NCBI GenBank assembly: GCA_030704615.1
Contig: CM060733.1
Span: 1,364,001 to 1,428,000, forward strand
DNA length: 64,000 nucleotides
From: Takakia lepidozioides
Taxonomy: Eukaryota; Plantae; Bryophyta
Reading direction: 5' to 3'
In this document: positions 26,774-39,900 of the stretch, piece after piece
How the letters are laid out: each line of letters opens with the position of its first letter
How positions within the stretch are numbered: the first letter of the stretch is position 1
Position numbers and translations under genes: made by a program
Notes under the pieces: model-generated
Database searches by the model: none
The model's input: the letters and a program-made list of their open reading frames with translations, nothing else
Told to the model about the DNA's origin: nothing

Positions 26774-28199
26774 TTCCCAGGTTTCCTTTCCACCAAAGAA
26801 AAAAACAAAAAAGAAAAAAAATTAATGAGTGAAGGAATTAGTTCTTTTAAAAAGAGGAGACTTATTCTCCAGCTTGTAAAATTGGACCCCAGAGTGTTTG
26901 GGTGTGAAGGTCCTTTAGGTAATGGATTTTGCTTGAGGATCGATCGCTAATGTTCCCAGAAATTCTTGGCAAAACTGCAAGAAAAACTGAACCACCCGAA
27001 AGGCCTATGCATTCTGCAAATTCAGTTTTACGGAAACTGATCACAAAGAAGGTTAGCTACTTCGGACATTTCAGCTATAGAAGTCTCCAGATACCGTCCC
27101 TGCCCAACCGTTTAGGCATTTTTGCGCCTAAACGGACTGCTTAGGCATGTTTCTCAAACCATTTCTCACATTAGGCATCTTCATGCTATAAGTTTTTTGA
27201 ATTAGGCACATGAGAAGAGAAAACATTTATTTTCTTAAGAATAAAAATAGAAAATAGAAACCCAATGCCTATGGGCCCTTGTCCCATGCCAACAGGCCCA
27301 GCTCAAATCTCCTCCAAGCTTGTGGGCTCCAGCTACCCTGCATTTCCGTGCAAACCCTAAAAATGCCCCTCTTTGTTGTACGCGGCGCTCCAAGGCTCAA
27401 ACATCATCTTATTACAAACAACATGAGCATAAGCTTGAAAGCTTTTTGCTGGAATTTTTAGGCATTAGGCACTTTGGTACCATAATTTCCGTGCAATTAG
27501 GCCAAAATTTGAAAAATTCCCAAAACATGTTGTTTTCGGAAAACATTTTTACTCGTTTCGGATGAAATATGTTGGGTTGTGGTAGATGATGTCCCCCTGC
27601 CCGGGATTTATCATTCATCATCCTATTAATGAAAGGCGGGACCCAGCGTCCAGCCGTCGCTGCTCACCGACGTCCAAGTTTAATGCTGCCGTGCACCCTT
27701 GGCGCTCTAACCAGGGTTAGTATAAGGGCAGCCTGTAAAAAGTATATTGTCTTTTAGAAAACAAATTTCCCCTGCCCGCAGTACCCCGCACTACTCACTG
27801 TGTTGCAAACTGAATTTTGTGTAACTTTGCTTCTGGATGAGAGGGAGCTCGGGGTGGTTAGAAGTCAACCAGACACCCGAAACTTGGGGAGTACAGGCTG
27901 TATTTAGTCTAGAGCCAATCAGAAGCTGGGCTTCTGGGCTGTATCGTGGTATTTCATCCATCCAAATAGCTCTTCAATACACCACTCAAGTATTCACATG
28001 ATTCTTTCTTATTTATGTTGCCTCTTAATTCAGAATATGGTTTAGGGGTTGGATAAGATTGGGCACTCTATTAAACACTGCATTTAACAGTCTTATCTCA
28101 ATCTCTTTAATGCTTTGATTTTCTGCTCTATAGCAATGATGCTAGTTGCTGTATATGTATTCTATTTCTCAAAACCTTAAGCGTTTCATTTTTTGAAGA

Positions 28200-28617
28200 A
28201 AAAGGAGAACACCGGGCCCAGCGACTGCTCACAAATCAGGCCCGTTAATTATAGTGAGAAGAGAAAATAACCTCTTTCAATGTGACCGCGCCATGAGGCC
28301 CGGGCCGAGCACAAGGCTCATGGAGAGAAGGAGAGAAGATTATACGATTATACCATTCTGGACAACCAAGTTGTAGCCCAGTTGTAATGGGCACATACCA
28401 CCTCGGAAGTGGTTGTGGGTTCAATCCACCAATTGGTGCCACAAAGGTGTCCACCTTCCGGCCGGAAAGGCAGTAGCACTTGGGGGTCAAGAGACACCGT
28501 ACTTTATGCTTCCTTGGGGAGCCGTAATATATATATATATACCACACCAGACGAGGTTGCAAGATTTGAACCTAAAGTCACCTTGGTGGCATCAGAGCAA
28601 TATACAACTGAACTACC
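28200..28617 (-). mobile_element. tRNA-derived SINE (family A) containing a nested second SINE-like insert
   Basis: Minus-strand head GGTAGTTCAGTTG...TGCCACC...GGTTCAAATC (A/B boxes); body homologous to 34331-34543 and 35225-35414. Insert 28356-28537 (+, GGTTCAATCC box, (TA)n tail) is flanked by a TATACCA duplication. Confidence 0.7.
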
Positions 28618-30227
28618 GACTGGTGTTTAGGTCTTATAATGTTCGATATAATGAAATGTAAGTGTTATGGTTGTGTTTTGCGAAATGGTGGGTTTGGAGG
28701 CAGCTTGCAATGGGGGCAGCATAATGGCGGTGCGGTTCCAATGTACATTCGAGGATTCAGTTGGCCGCTTGCATTATTGTATGCAACCGGGGACATTTCA
28801 TCCTCATATGTACAGATCTTTTTTCTTTTCTTTTTTGAAAATGGGAATACAGATCCATTTCCAAAAACGTTTTTGACATTAGCACATTTTATACCTCGCA
28901 ATCTAGCTCTGTGGTGTATTTTGTCCGCCCGGTGTTGTTGTATCCTTCCATTTCCATTGAGGTTATTTTCCCTCTACCTTTGAATTGAGTTGGCTGTCAT
29001 CTTAAGAAAAATAAAAATAACAAATACAAAAAACATGGTGCTGATATTGGCCCAGCCATGCTCGGTAGGTACCTATTAGACTCGAATCCGTCTACGTAGC
29101 ACTTACCGACCTCCCCAATGTTTCGCAGGAGGGAGGTGAAAGTAGGGTAGAGGATTGGCCGACAGAATTACGATACCGTTGCGGGTGTATGTGTACGATG
29201 TTCACGTACATATACCGACAGTACACGTCGGAGACGTTAGAGAGGGCGAGTACGTTCGCACAACAGTACACCCGCGCTCCCAAGGCAGCCCGTAATAACG
29301 GCCAAGGGATCCGGCCCGGTGCATTCAAAGCACCCGAGATGCTGAACGGAACGGCCCGGCCCCGACCCGACCCGCGCAGAATCCCCCCTCTTTTTCTTTT
29401 TTATCTGTAAAAACATTAATTTTACGTAATTTTATTTCGGGACGCAACGACTCAACTTGATCGGGTAGCCTAGCCTACTCTCAGTAGGGAATAATTGTCA
29501 AGACTATTTATAAACAAATATCTGACAGATAATAGCGTTATAAAAACGAAGAATGAGAGTGAGTTGGGGAATTAGTAAATGACACTTTTTGGTCCTTGCC
29601 GTCAATCGACATGAGGACGTAGTGCACGTGGCTGCCGTTGGATAAGGAATCGACGGCGCGGATGACGATAGACTAAATGTAGCAAAAAGCGCATTCCAGA
29701 TACCGCATGTTATGACCGCCGATATCCGGTCGGAGGGCTTTACACGTGCCGAGATCGGCAGCGCGCGTACCGGCTATATCCAGTGGGACGATACCGGCCA
29801 CCGAGAACTGGCGGTTATATCCGTGCGGGTGGGGAGGGTGGTTGGGATCGGGCTGGCGCGGCCAAGGACGGTAGTTAATGGTAAGTGGTAAATGGGTTAG
29901 TGAGTTGGACCGGGATGGTTAGTGGCAGGGTTAGTGAGTTGGACAGGAGTAGTTAGTTGCATGGTTAGCGCGCTGATTATGCTCGATTTTCTTAACCGCT
30001 CGCTTTACCGCGGCGGTACGGGGCCTGCTTGCTGGGGCCGAGAAGGCCACCGGCGGCGGGTCCGCCGGCCGGTCAACCAGGGGGCGCTATTTATATTCAA
30101 ACGGTAGGGCGTTTCTGGCGTGGCGGTCTTGTGTTCGCTTTGCTTGAGTGTTGCGAAGCTCTGCGTGTGTGTCATCGTTGCTGTGCTCTCTCCTTATCTT
30201 CGTGAATCCCTCGAGGACATCCTCGCA

Positions 30228-32729
30228 ATGGGGAAGCAGGAGCACGTGAGCTTCTTCGAGATGCCCAAGTCTAGGTTCAAGAGGATATGTGTGTTCTGCG
30301 GCAGCAGTAGTGGCAAGAAGAGCATTTTTGGGAATGTGACGCTGGAGCTGGGCCTGCAACTGGTTAGTGCTGGCTTTTCTTGCCGGGGTCGCTGAGGTTG
30401 TGTGGTGGTGGAACGGGTTGGGAAGAGACCAGTGTGCTGGTGTGCCACTGTCTGCATTTGATGAAGGGTGGTCAGTGTGGAGAGTCCACAGTTGTGGAGC
30501 TGCAAGTTCTTGTTGCTCGCAGCCTTTACTATGGCTTGTTGTTCGTGAGCTCCTGGTTTTATGGTACATACAGGGCGTTAGTCATTTGTGGATGCACTTC
30601 GCAGTGAATCATGAGCCACTGAGAGGATGTGTTATGGTCGTGCACAAGCTTTTCTTCCGCTCCACTGAAATGCTGTCAACTGCTGTGCCAGGCACATCCT
30701 TTCGTCTGTGCCAGTTGAGTTCAATTTAGTGAAGGGTTTTCAGGATATGATGAGTACTAATCTGGTAGTAGGACTATGGGGCTTTGAACATTCTACAAGC
30801 GCAACTGCACGTCGGTAAAAGTTTCCCCGCTCTAAAAGTGGCCGTAAGCTCGAGCTAGGTGTTATTTGAACCTAACTCCTGCACGTCAGGGATGAGAATT
30901 TCTGTGGCTTGAACCGCGTAGGGCATTGCAGGAGTTCACAAAGTTAACCTTTCATGAAATGTTTCGGTTGGCGGGGCAGGTGGAACGTAAGATTGATTTG
31001 GTTTACGGAGGTGGTAGCGTGGGTCTCATGGGCCAGGTTGCCCAGACCGTTCACGATGGTGGTGGGCATGTCATTGGGTATGTGGCCTTTCTACTGCATT
31101 CGACAGTGTGTGCTGAAGGATTTTGTACGAGTCCGTGATTGATGTTCGGATTTTTTCTGGGTTGGTGGTCACAGACTTCTTGGGTAGGATTAGGATCAGT
31201 GCGACGGCCAGCGGCGAGCATCTTTCTAATAAGCTGCATGCATGGACAGTGTGTAGTGTAGAATACTTCGCTATTGGTTGGCATGTAGCCCACTGTACTT
31301 GGTGTTATGTTCTTCGAGCTCCTGCACAGTTGTGAAGGCAAGAAGCTGATTGAAGTGAATTGTGACGTGTGTCTTGGATTGCAGTGTCATTCCCAAGGCC
31401 CTCATGCCAAGTGAGGTATGTTCTTTCATCCCTTGCTGTTGGTCGTTTTAATCGGGCACTGTGACAGGCACGAGTTCATGTTACTGTCCTAGGTCGTAGT
31501 TACCTCAGGGATGTCCGTTTTTGGGTGGGGGAGACCGGCTCTCAAGTAAGTCAATAGCTTTAGGAGGTTTCACGTGGATGACTATCACTGTAAGGCCTGT
31601 AGCTACGTTACGTGTTATTTCCTGCAGTTTCAGCTGCTTTTTTAGCGACGCTTGGAACAAACTATGACCAAACTTGTGACTTCGAAGCTATAATATCAAC
31701 ACACAAGCGTGCGAAGCGCGTCCGTTGAGCAGTTTCTGCTTGTGTTTTGTTGTGCAGATCACTGGTTACACAGTGGGAGAGTTGGTTGCTGTTGGTAACA
31801 TGCACCAGCGCAAGGCAGAGATGGCTCGGCAATCTGATGGGTTTATTGCTCTTCCAGGTGTGTACTTCAATTCACGAACTCTCTGCCTGGCTGGTGCTTA
31901 CGATACTTCTGCTTCAATACTTTTCCATTGTCTTCTTTCGTCAATTCTTCTACGTATTTCAGGCATACTACTAGTCTCAATCCGGGTTGCTCAGACACTA
32001 CCTCAACCGGCTATTCATACCCGTGATTATGGCACTCCGTAAGATGTTTTAAGGTGGTGTTTCTTTGCGCAGGTGGATATGGTACACTTGAAGAGCTCCT
32101 GGAGATGATAACCTGGGTACAGCTTGGAATACATACCAAGCCGGTGAGTCTTATGTTGCCAAGTAAGAAAATGCTGCAGGTCTTGCATAATGGAGACTGT
32201 CACGGTGGATTTGTATTGCGCCGCTGGTTTAGACTTTTGTCCCAATCCACTGTAAGGTTCATGCTATCTGTTTCATTTTTTTGGTCTGTACAGTCTCAGA
32301 CAGTGGAGAATTCCCTACATGACAGAAGTGGCACATGGTTGATGCAGGTGGGCTTACTGAACGTGGACGGCTATTACAACTCTCTTCTGGCTCTGTTCGA
32401 CAAGGCCTTGGAGGAAGGCTTTCTCAAATTGTCAGCCCGCAATATAGTTGTATCTGCACCCACAGCCAGTGAACTCCTTGACAAAATGGAGGTGGGGACT
32501 CAATGTTGCTTATGTGTATCGTTGTCGTGCACTTTTGTGTGTTCCTTGTCTAGAGTTTAGTTTCACCCTACACAATGCCGCACACTTCATTCTCACATAG
32601 GTGCGGCGGTGCCCATCTTGTGGTGTCTCTTTCTAATGTGATTGTCAACCCTTGCAGGCTTATGCACCTGCGGAGGATAGGCTGGCCCCAAAGCTGTGTT
32701 GGGATGTTGAGCACCTCGCGCTTCAATAG
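30228..32729 (+). CDS. LOG: Cytokinin riboside 5'-monophosphate phosphoribohydrolase LONELY GUY
   Basis: 7 exons: 30228-30362, 30980-31077, 31385-31415, 31758-31857, 32073-32143, 32348-32491, 32658-32729. Motifs [57 protein letters not shown]; canonical GT-AG. Confidence 0.96.
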
Positions 32730-33711
32730 CAGCCTTCGTGTTGGGGAGCTGCTTACGATTTTTACCAATTGTCACTCTCGTCGATACCCTTGCTGTTCGT
32801 CCAATTAAAATACAGAACGTGCTCGGGAGCTCTACAATTCATACCAAAATACTGGGCAAACACTTCCACTAGTGTAGCTGGTAGCTTAGTTTTGGGAAAT
32901 GCAGGTCTGACTGTACATTCCTGATTGTAATATAAACCTGCCACAGCTCTAAGGAGCTTGTGTCCTCAGAACTTGCCAGAAAGTTGACCGATCTGCAGGT
33001 GCAATACATAGTTTTGTTGCTCAAATTCAACGTGCGGTGCGATGAAGTATTTTCTCTGCAATTGCACTTCGCTGAAGACAAACGACAGTATGGTCATGCC
33101 ACTGACACAGGTTTGTCAGTGCGAAGTGCATGCTCGACCCACCACAGTACCAAATAGGCTGGCTCAATTCTCATGCATATGAAACAAGGAAAATTTGTTT
33201 ACCGTAGATAACAGACTGATAGTATGACTTGTACACTCTGTCCAGATGAGATCAGTTGTCAAGACTATTCTTGAATGCAGAGACGATTCGGAAATTTTTT
33301 ATCGGAAGTTCTGTCATGGGTTTTCGATGATTAGTCAGATGGGAGCTGGCCTCGCACTAATCCCATCTTACAGTTTTTACTCCAAGCAAGTTTAACCTAC
33401 ATCAGCCTCCCAGAACAATTTCTTCAGTTTCTTCTTCTGTGTTTAGAAGGCGATTGACTGATGCTAGGGACAAGTAAATTGTATTGGTATACACTGAAAC
33501 AGGAAGGTAGAGAAATCAACTTAGCACAAATCGAGATAGGAAAACCTAGCAAGGCCAAGGAACGAAGCAATGATAGATTTGTTTTCGAAATGTACAACTG
33601 TGACCCGTGAATGGTGACATACTTACATAAAGAGGCTGCGATGTGCATCCAAATGTCTGAAAAGTGCCTGAATCTGCAAGAGACGAACAAAGGACAAACA
33701 AAAGCCTTGAA

Positions 33712-33990
33712 AGCCCATACGCCTCTGTCCTTGTAGCTTTCTTTAGACAACGAGTTTATGTTGCTCTACAAAAGGCTCAAGCTCAATCTAATTTACGTAG
33801 GGCAGAGGTTGCTGGGGTGGCTTCATCTCGCCTCCCCACATTCTCTGATCCACCCTCTTTCCTGTTGTTGTCTAACCTTCTTCAGGCTGTAGGTGATACT
33901 AGAATAGTATGATTTCTTTCTTTGTGTCAATATATCTAGCTCTACGAGCTCCGGCTTTTTCCTCACCCCTACTTGGGTCTTTTTATAAAG
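33712..33990 (+). mobile_element. 3' fragment of CRE-type LINE
   Basis: PYASVLVAFFRQRVYVALQKAQA is homologous to PHASVFVVFYRQWVSVALQRAHA at ~44600. Confidence 0.7.
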
Positions 33991-34330
33991 TTATGCAGGT
34001 TTTGTCTAAAAGGACAAGACACTTTCTGATAAAGTTTGGGTCCTTACAAAGAAAAAGTTGATGGGTTTTATTTTCGCCCTCCTATCAGTAAAACTTTGGT
34101 ATATCAATCAAAGAAAAAAACAAAGAATGTTTATGTTTACCATAATTTTCTTAAACCATAATCGACAGGTAAAATCCGAATTGGAGGGGATCTGGAAATG
34201 TTTTCAGTGGCTGTGCTAAAATATTACACTAAAAAAACTTTTTTCTATAATTGACTTTCTTTAATTTCTTGAACAGCGGAGCCGGCTCCTTCCATGTACA
34301 CCAGGTTGCACACACATTTTGACAACCAAC

Positions 34331-34543
34331 AGTCAGTTAGTTGGCAAAGTGCACTGAGTGCCACCCAGATGATTCTAGGGTCAAATCCTGCTACTTGACG
34401 GGTGTGGTATACTCTTCTCCCCCATCCCCCGGCAGCGTCCCTCCATGGAGCGGTTACTGTGAAAGAGGTTATTATTTCCTCTCACTATTAAGGGGCCTGA
34501 TTTATGAGTTGTCGCAGGTGTTTCCCTTTCAAGAAAAAGAAAA
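34331..34543 (+). mobile_element. tRNA-derived SINE (family A)
   Basis: Head ...AGTTGG..TGCCACC...GGTCAAATCC; body is the reverse complement of 28200-28350; A-rich tail. Confidence 0.7.
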
Positions 34544-34749
34544 ACAATTGTCAATGTTAGGTCACTTTGTGCAAGATTTTGCAACAACGACACGGTGCAT
34601 TAGATCGCCGATGCATTATCACCAAGCAATGTGTCTCTATAAATTGTCTACCCGTCAAACAAGCACTAAACTCATTAGTATTATATCCATGCATCCTAAG
34701 TATTCAATTTATTTGTATTTGTCAAACATTGAATGCTTCCCTGAAAAAA

Positions 34750-34934
34750 TCCTCCCAACTCCTGAACCCTTCTTGCGTAAGTCCACCCTTAGGAAGGCAG
34801 GTCCAATAACCCCCTTCTATTCATGGAGGCATACAAGGGACTGCCCAAAGGCCCCAAAACCAAACCACACATAACTTGGTAACAGGATTTGAGCCCCGAA
34901 GCACCAAGGTGGCATACAATGCTCTATCCGAACT
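34750..34934 (-). mobile_element. tRNA-derived SINE (family A-related)
   Basis: Minus head AGTTCGGATAGAGCATTGTATGCCACCTTGGTG..GGCTCAAATCCTG. Confidence 0.55.
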
Positions 34935-35224
34935 TGTGGTTTTTATCCTCAATGTTTTATGGGGCACCACACTATTGGACTCCGGTGTAACCCCATTCCA
35001 TGTCACCTGCAATGATGTCACCCCGTTCCGTGTCACTAATCACAAAGCTGGGAGGAGGAAGATTTGACATGCTAGAAACGGCCTGCCATGTTGATAGAGA
35101 TTGCATACACATGCATTAAGTTCCTGTTCCTATTGTTTTCTCCATTAAGTTCCCAAATAAATAAAAGTTGTTACGTTATTGTTATATATACTATAAATTA
35201 GATAAGAATATTATCCAGCCACAT

Positions 35225-35414
35225 TGGAAACCTCTCACAAGTCAGGCCCCTTAATTATATAGTGAAAGGAGAAAATAACCCCTTCCAATATAGTGATCCC
35301 ATGGAGCTCATGGAACACAGCCCAAGGGAAGGGGAAGAAGATTATACCACACCCAACAAGGTAGCGGGAAAAATCACATGTGTGCTACTAAGTGCTCTAT
35401 CCCATTGAGCTACC
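35225..35414 (-). mobile_element. tRNA-derived SINE (family A)
   Basis: Minus head GGTAGCTCAATGGGATAGAGC; body TCAGGCCC..TTAATTA..TAGTGA..GAGAAAATAACC shared with 28235-28275. Confidence 0.7.
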
Positions 35415-36074
35415 AATTTTCTTTTCACTGGTAGTAGTTAACGATACCATATGAGGATATGTTTCTACCTGTAACATGAACTTATTCTAGTGTATACATT
35501 TCTTTTCCAATAAAAAAGAAAAAAATGAGAAAAAAAAATCTTTTAAATGATGAAGGGGTTTTCTGCGAGGGGGTCACCCTTTGCTCAAAGAAAAGAGAGG
35601 GCTGCTACAAAATTAGAGGGTGAAAAGTAGCAGCCCAAATATAAAAGGTTTTAATCCAGCCCTTCTTTTTTAGGCGAAAAAAAGCCTAAAAGCACCAAAA
35701 AATGTGGGCCCGCGACATCCCTGTGCAAAAATAAAATATATCACCGAAACGGGGCGGGGCCTGGCCAGCTGGTGCCAGAAAGCACCAGGGGAACCCACCC
35801 TTTTCCGCCTGGAACGGGGGACCATGGGGCCCTAAATCCAAGGGCTAGCATCGCACCAGGGGTCAGCCCTATTTCGCCACCTGCACATATCGCCACCGTC
35901 GATCACCAGCCAGTAGTGGGGTGGAGGGGCAGTTATCTTGGCATCTCTTTTTGTCGCTTGGACAGGTCCAAATGTAAAATAAATTTGCATGATAATAGTT
36001 AGCTAAATTTGCACTACTACTTAAATAACTTGACAATTCTTACACTATTCCTAGTGTCCAATTCTACTTTCGAA

Positions 36075-36930
36075 TGTTTGATGCGCATTCTTCAAGGAAC
36101 TCTATGATGTTGGGCATAATAAAATGGTTGGGATATTTCATTCACTACTTACATAGGTCATAAGTCACTTGTACACTTTCCCATATTTTTTGGTCCATTC
36201 ATACTGAGTAGTATGTTTAGTACACCGCTAGCAAACTCTCTACCCTAAAACCTAATTCCAATGTTTGATGCTTATTTAATTTATTGCTTCCAATTTTGGG
36301 TGCGGTCGAAGTGCTGGGATATTTTATGAATTGTTCTAGGTCCATGTAAAGCCTCAGATTCCATAATTGTTTGTCCATTACAGTTCTCTAAACCTTAAAC
36401 CCTAAGCCCTTAAACCTAACTCCATTGTTTGATGCGCATTCTTCATAGATTGGATACAATATGTGGTTGGGATATTTCATTCACAAATTTCGTAGGGGAC
36501 AAGTTATCTGTACCATTTCCCATGTTTTCTTTTCCATTCACACTGAGTACTGTGTTTAGTACCCTAGCAAACTCTATACTCTAAAACCTAATTCCAATGT
36601 TTGATGCTTATTTAATTTATTGCTTCCAGTTCTGGAAGTGGTGGGATACTTCACGAATTGTTCTACGTCCATGTACAGGCTCAGACTCCATAATTGTTTG
36701 TCCATTTACAGTTTTCTAAACTCTAAACCCTAAACCCTAAACTATAAACCAAACTCCACTGTTTGATTCACATTCTTCATAGAAATTTGGATACAATCTG
36801 TGGTTGGGATATTTAATTCACAAATTCCATAGGTGACAAGTCATCTATACACTTTCCTATATTTTCTTTTCCATTCATACCAAGTACTACATTGTTTAGC
36901 AAACTTCATACCCTAAAACCTAATTCCAGC
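36075..36930. repeat. A-B-A-B-A higher-order tandem repeat (~160-190-bp monomers) with CCCTAAA motifs
   Basis: Monomers start TGTTTGAT at 36075, 36262, 36426, 36598 and 36760, alternating ..GCGCATTCTTCA and ..GCTTATTTAATT types. Confidence 0.8.
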
Positions 36931-39900
36931 AAGTTGGTTCAATGACTTTATAGGTGAGAATCTAGAGAACACTCTTCCACTATATGTGGTTGTCATATTT
37001 ATGAATGATCTCTAAATATTTTAAAACATATCAATTCCAATGTTTGATTGACATCCAACCTTATTCCATTCAACGTTTTAATCCATCAATTGAAAACTTG
37101 CAATACATTGGTTCATGGTATTACTATACTTTAAGCATGGTATGGATGTTTACTTTTCATTTGTATATATTATCTTCTTGAATCATATGTTTATGCCATA
37201 CATTTATCAATTTATTAATAACTTCACTCAATCGATCTTATATTTATAATTTTCTGACGCAAATTCGACTTATAATTCGATGTCACACGAATGGAATTGT
37301 GCAACATAAAGTTAAATGACTCAATACTCCATGGTATTATTATTAATACCCGAATTAATTTTAATTATGTGATATATTAAGTTTGGTCCGGATTTAAGCC
37401 AAAAGTCCGGAATTACTTAGAATGTGTTAGGTCCTCCGCGCCATATTCGCCACTAGAATTTAGGAACACAGACATATCAAAATTATTGTTATTGTCAAAA
37501 CTTGGAAGATCATGTCTCGAACTTGATGGTACAGGCCAAAGAATTCTCAGTATCACGAGACATGATAACCTACAGGGGCTGACTTTTCAATGCGCTTGTT
37601 TAGAACCCGAGGTGGACTCTCAAGTCTAGAAAACTCAAATGAAGGTTGCAAACTCTCAGGATAGTGAGATTCAACGAGACTAGGAGCAACACAAACAAAG
37701 TATGGATTCGCACGGGGATTCCTAGCAACATTGCCAACGCTAGCCCGAGAAACATGACCAGGACTTGTGATTTTTCGCTTCCCTTTCTGACCAGTCAATG
37801 TGGACACGAATTCCAAAAAACACAGACTGACGTCCACAAATTCTACTCAAAAGCACTAAACAGGGGCTGCAAATGCAAGCAAAGCGACAATATAACAGCA
37901 GCGTAGAAACACAAAGCCAAAACACAACGAAGCAAAAGACGCACAACAATGGAGGAGAACAACGGAGCAGAGAAATCGTAACTGTGGGGCTCTTTGTTCA
38001 ACCTTGCAAGTGTGTCTTGTGGTCTCTATCTGGTTTACCATTTGGCTTTTTGCCACCTGCCCATTTTCTCACACCATCTGACGACATCCGGATCTTGGGC
38101 GTTCCTTTTGGCACCACCTCATTCACTTCAACTTTTCTGGAAAACACACTTCAAGAGGACATCTCCCATTCTGAGCTCCTTCCTAGGCTTGGGGTGTCGC
38201 GCACCTCACTTCAATAAGCTCCCCTTCACGTTATAGTTACTCGCTTTGATGCGCGCGCCTAACTCCCAAACTGGCCGCCGGGCCAACTCGGAGCTTCGGC
38301 TGCTTACCGGGACATAACGGTCCCTTTTTGCTCCTCCACAAGACCCTCGCTCACTTTGGGCCTAGTGGAAATTCCCTTTGGTTGTTGGCAGTCCGGAACA
38401 GCTCCCCACACCTTGGTTGCTTTCCGGCTCGCACGCTTACTCACTAGTTTTTGGTCACCAACGGGCTTGTACCGTTCTCGGGGTTACTACTCCCTATATG
38501 TACTTCTGTGACTGTCCGCGGGGGTTTCACAAACAACACCGTCCTTTTATGGCGAACCACCACGAAGACCCTTGACTCCCAGTGATGAGTCGCGGTGAGT
38601 TTTGGCGCACCCACCACGGCCCCAATGGACCGTGATGAGTCCCAAGACTCCCCACGACTCCCACCACAAGGTCTCCGCCCCATTAGAAAAAAAAATGAGG
38701 TCAAAGAAAGGCTGTCCCATGTTCAACTTGGCCCCTATAGCCGCTCAAGGCGGGCAGAGACATTTCAAATATCCGTGGTCGATTTGAACGGCCAGCGTGG
38801 CAAAATTGGTTCCACGTATGGCGTTTCCACCGTGACGATGGCAAAAATGATTCCACGTAAGATGTTTTGGCGTGCTTCCGCGCCGGGTTCTGGCGCGTTT
38901 TCTCCCGCCGGGTTCGCGGGCTTCTTCCCACACTCGTTTCTTCCCCCTAGTTCTCGCAGCGTTTCTTACCATCTTGTACTCGTCGTTTCTAGCAGTGTGC
39001 GTCGACACCCTGAAGCTCACGATCATGTCCTAGAACAGGTGCTACTTTAATCTTGTTCCTCATATCAAGCGGTTCAATATCATCATACACTTGTTGTACG
39101 TTTGGCAAACGGTCCTCCAGAAGGTCACCTTTATCCTCGTGATGGTTGCTAGATTCCATAATGAACTAGCAGTCTGAATTGTTGATCTTTGGCTGAGTGT
39201 TGAGTGCGGTCTTTTCCTCAGTTGGTCTAGACAGCTCTTGGAATCAATTTAAGTCCAAGTTTTCAGCTCCTCATCCCTAAACAATCACATTTGTGTGTGG
39301 GACAACTAAAGTGAAGTTAACTCTTGTCAATGCGATGGCAGTGGCCCGGGAGAGAGAGATGGCAGTTACGTACAAAATGATAAAGAGTTCATTTATCATG
39401 TGATGACTGGCAGGGCCAGCTGAGCTTTGCAGGCTGGCGTGCCGATGACGGTGCTGTTTCTCGTCTGGTAGATGTTCATTGCAACCTTCGGGAACTTAAC
39501 ATGTTAGGCTTTCTTTTAATATACCTCAGCTTTGCTTACATCTTGAGCTTCGCTCTGGACATGTATAATCATCGTTGTCAAAACAAATTAGGAAGTGTTG
39601 CAAATACTTTCAGGGGATATTACATCATGTACTTGTATTGTTTTTCCCTCTTCATGGTACGAATGCAGAAAAGAATTAACCCTGGTCATACGTTCTATCT
39701 AGTGCAGGACGGCACTGAAGCCTGGCAGCCATGTTTGGAGGCGAAACTGTGAGGTTGGACCTTTTCTCTTGATTTCTTCCACTGCCAGTTGCACTGCAAT
39801 TTGAAAAGGGTGTGCACGCTCATGCAAGAGTGTTCAATTTGTGTTGTAGAGGGAAAATCTTGCGCTCATCTGGTAGATGTATTTGGATATGAGACTAGTC

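Noticed and set aside
28555-28617. Functional tRNA genes (also ~34331, ~34880, ~35370)
   Set aside because: A/B boxes are present but the cloverleaf stems do not pair and a shared SINE body follows.
29041-29070. miR171* look-alike (GATATTGGCCC..)
   Set aside because: Only ~10 nt match and no complementary miR171 arm nearby.
36380-36750. Interstitial telomere
   Set aside because: Only 2-3 degenerate CCCTAAA units embedded in a larger tandem repeat.
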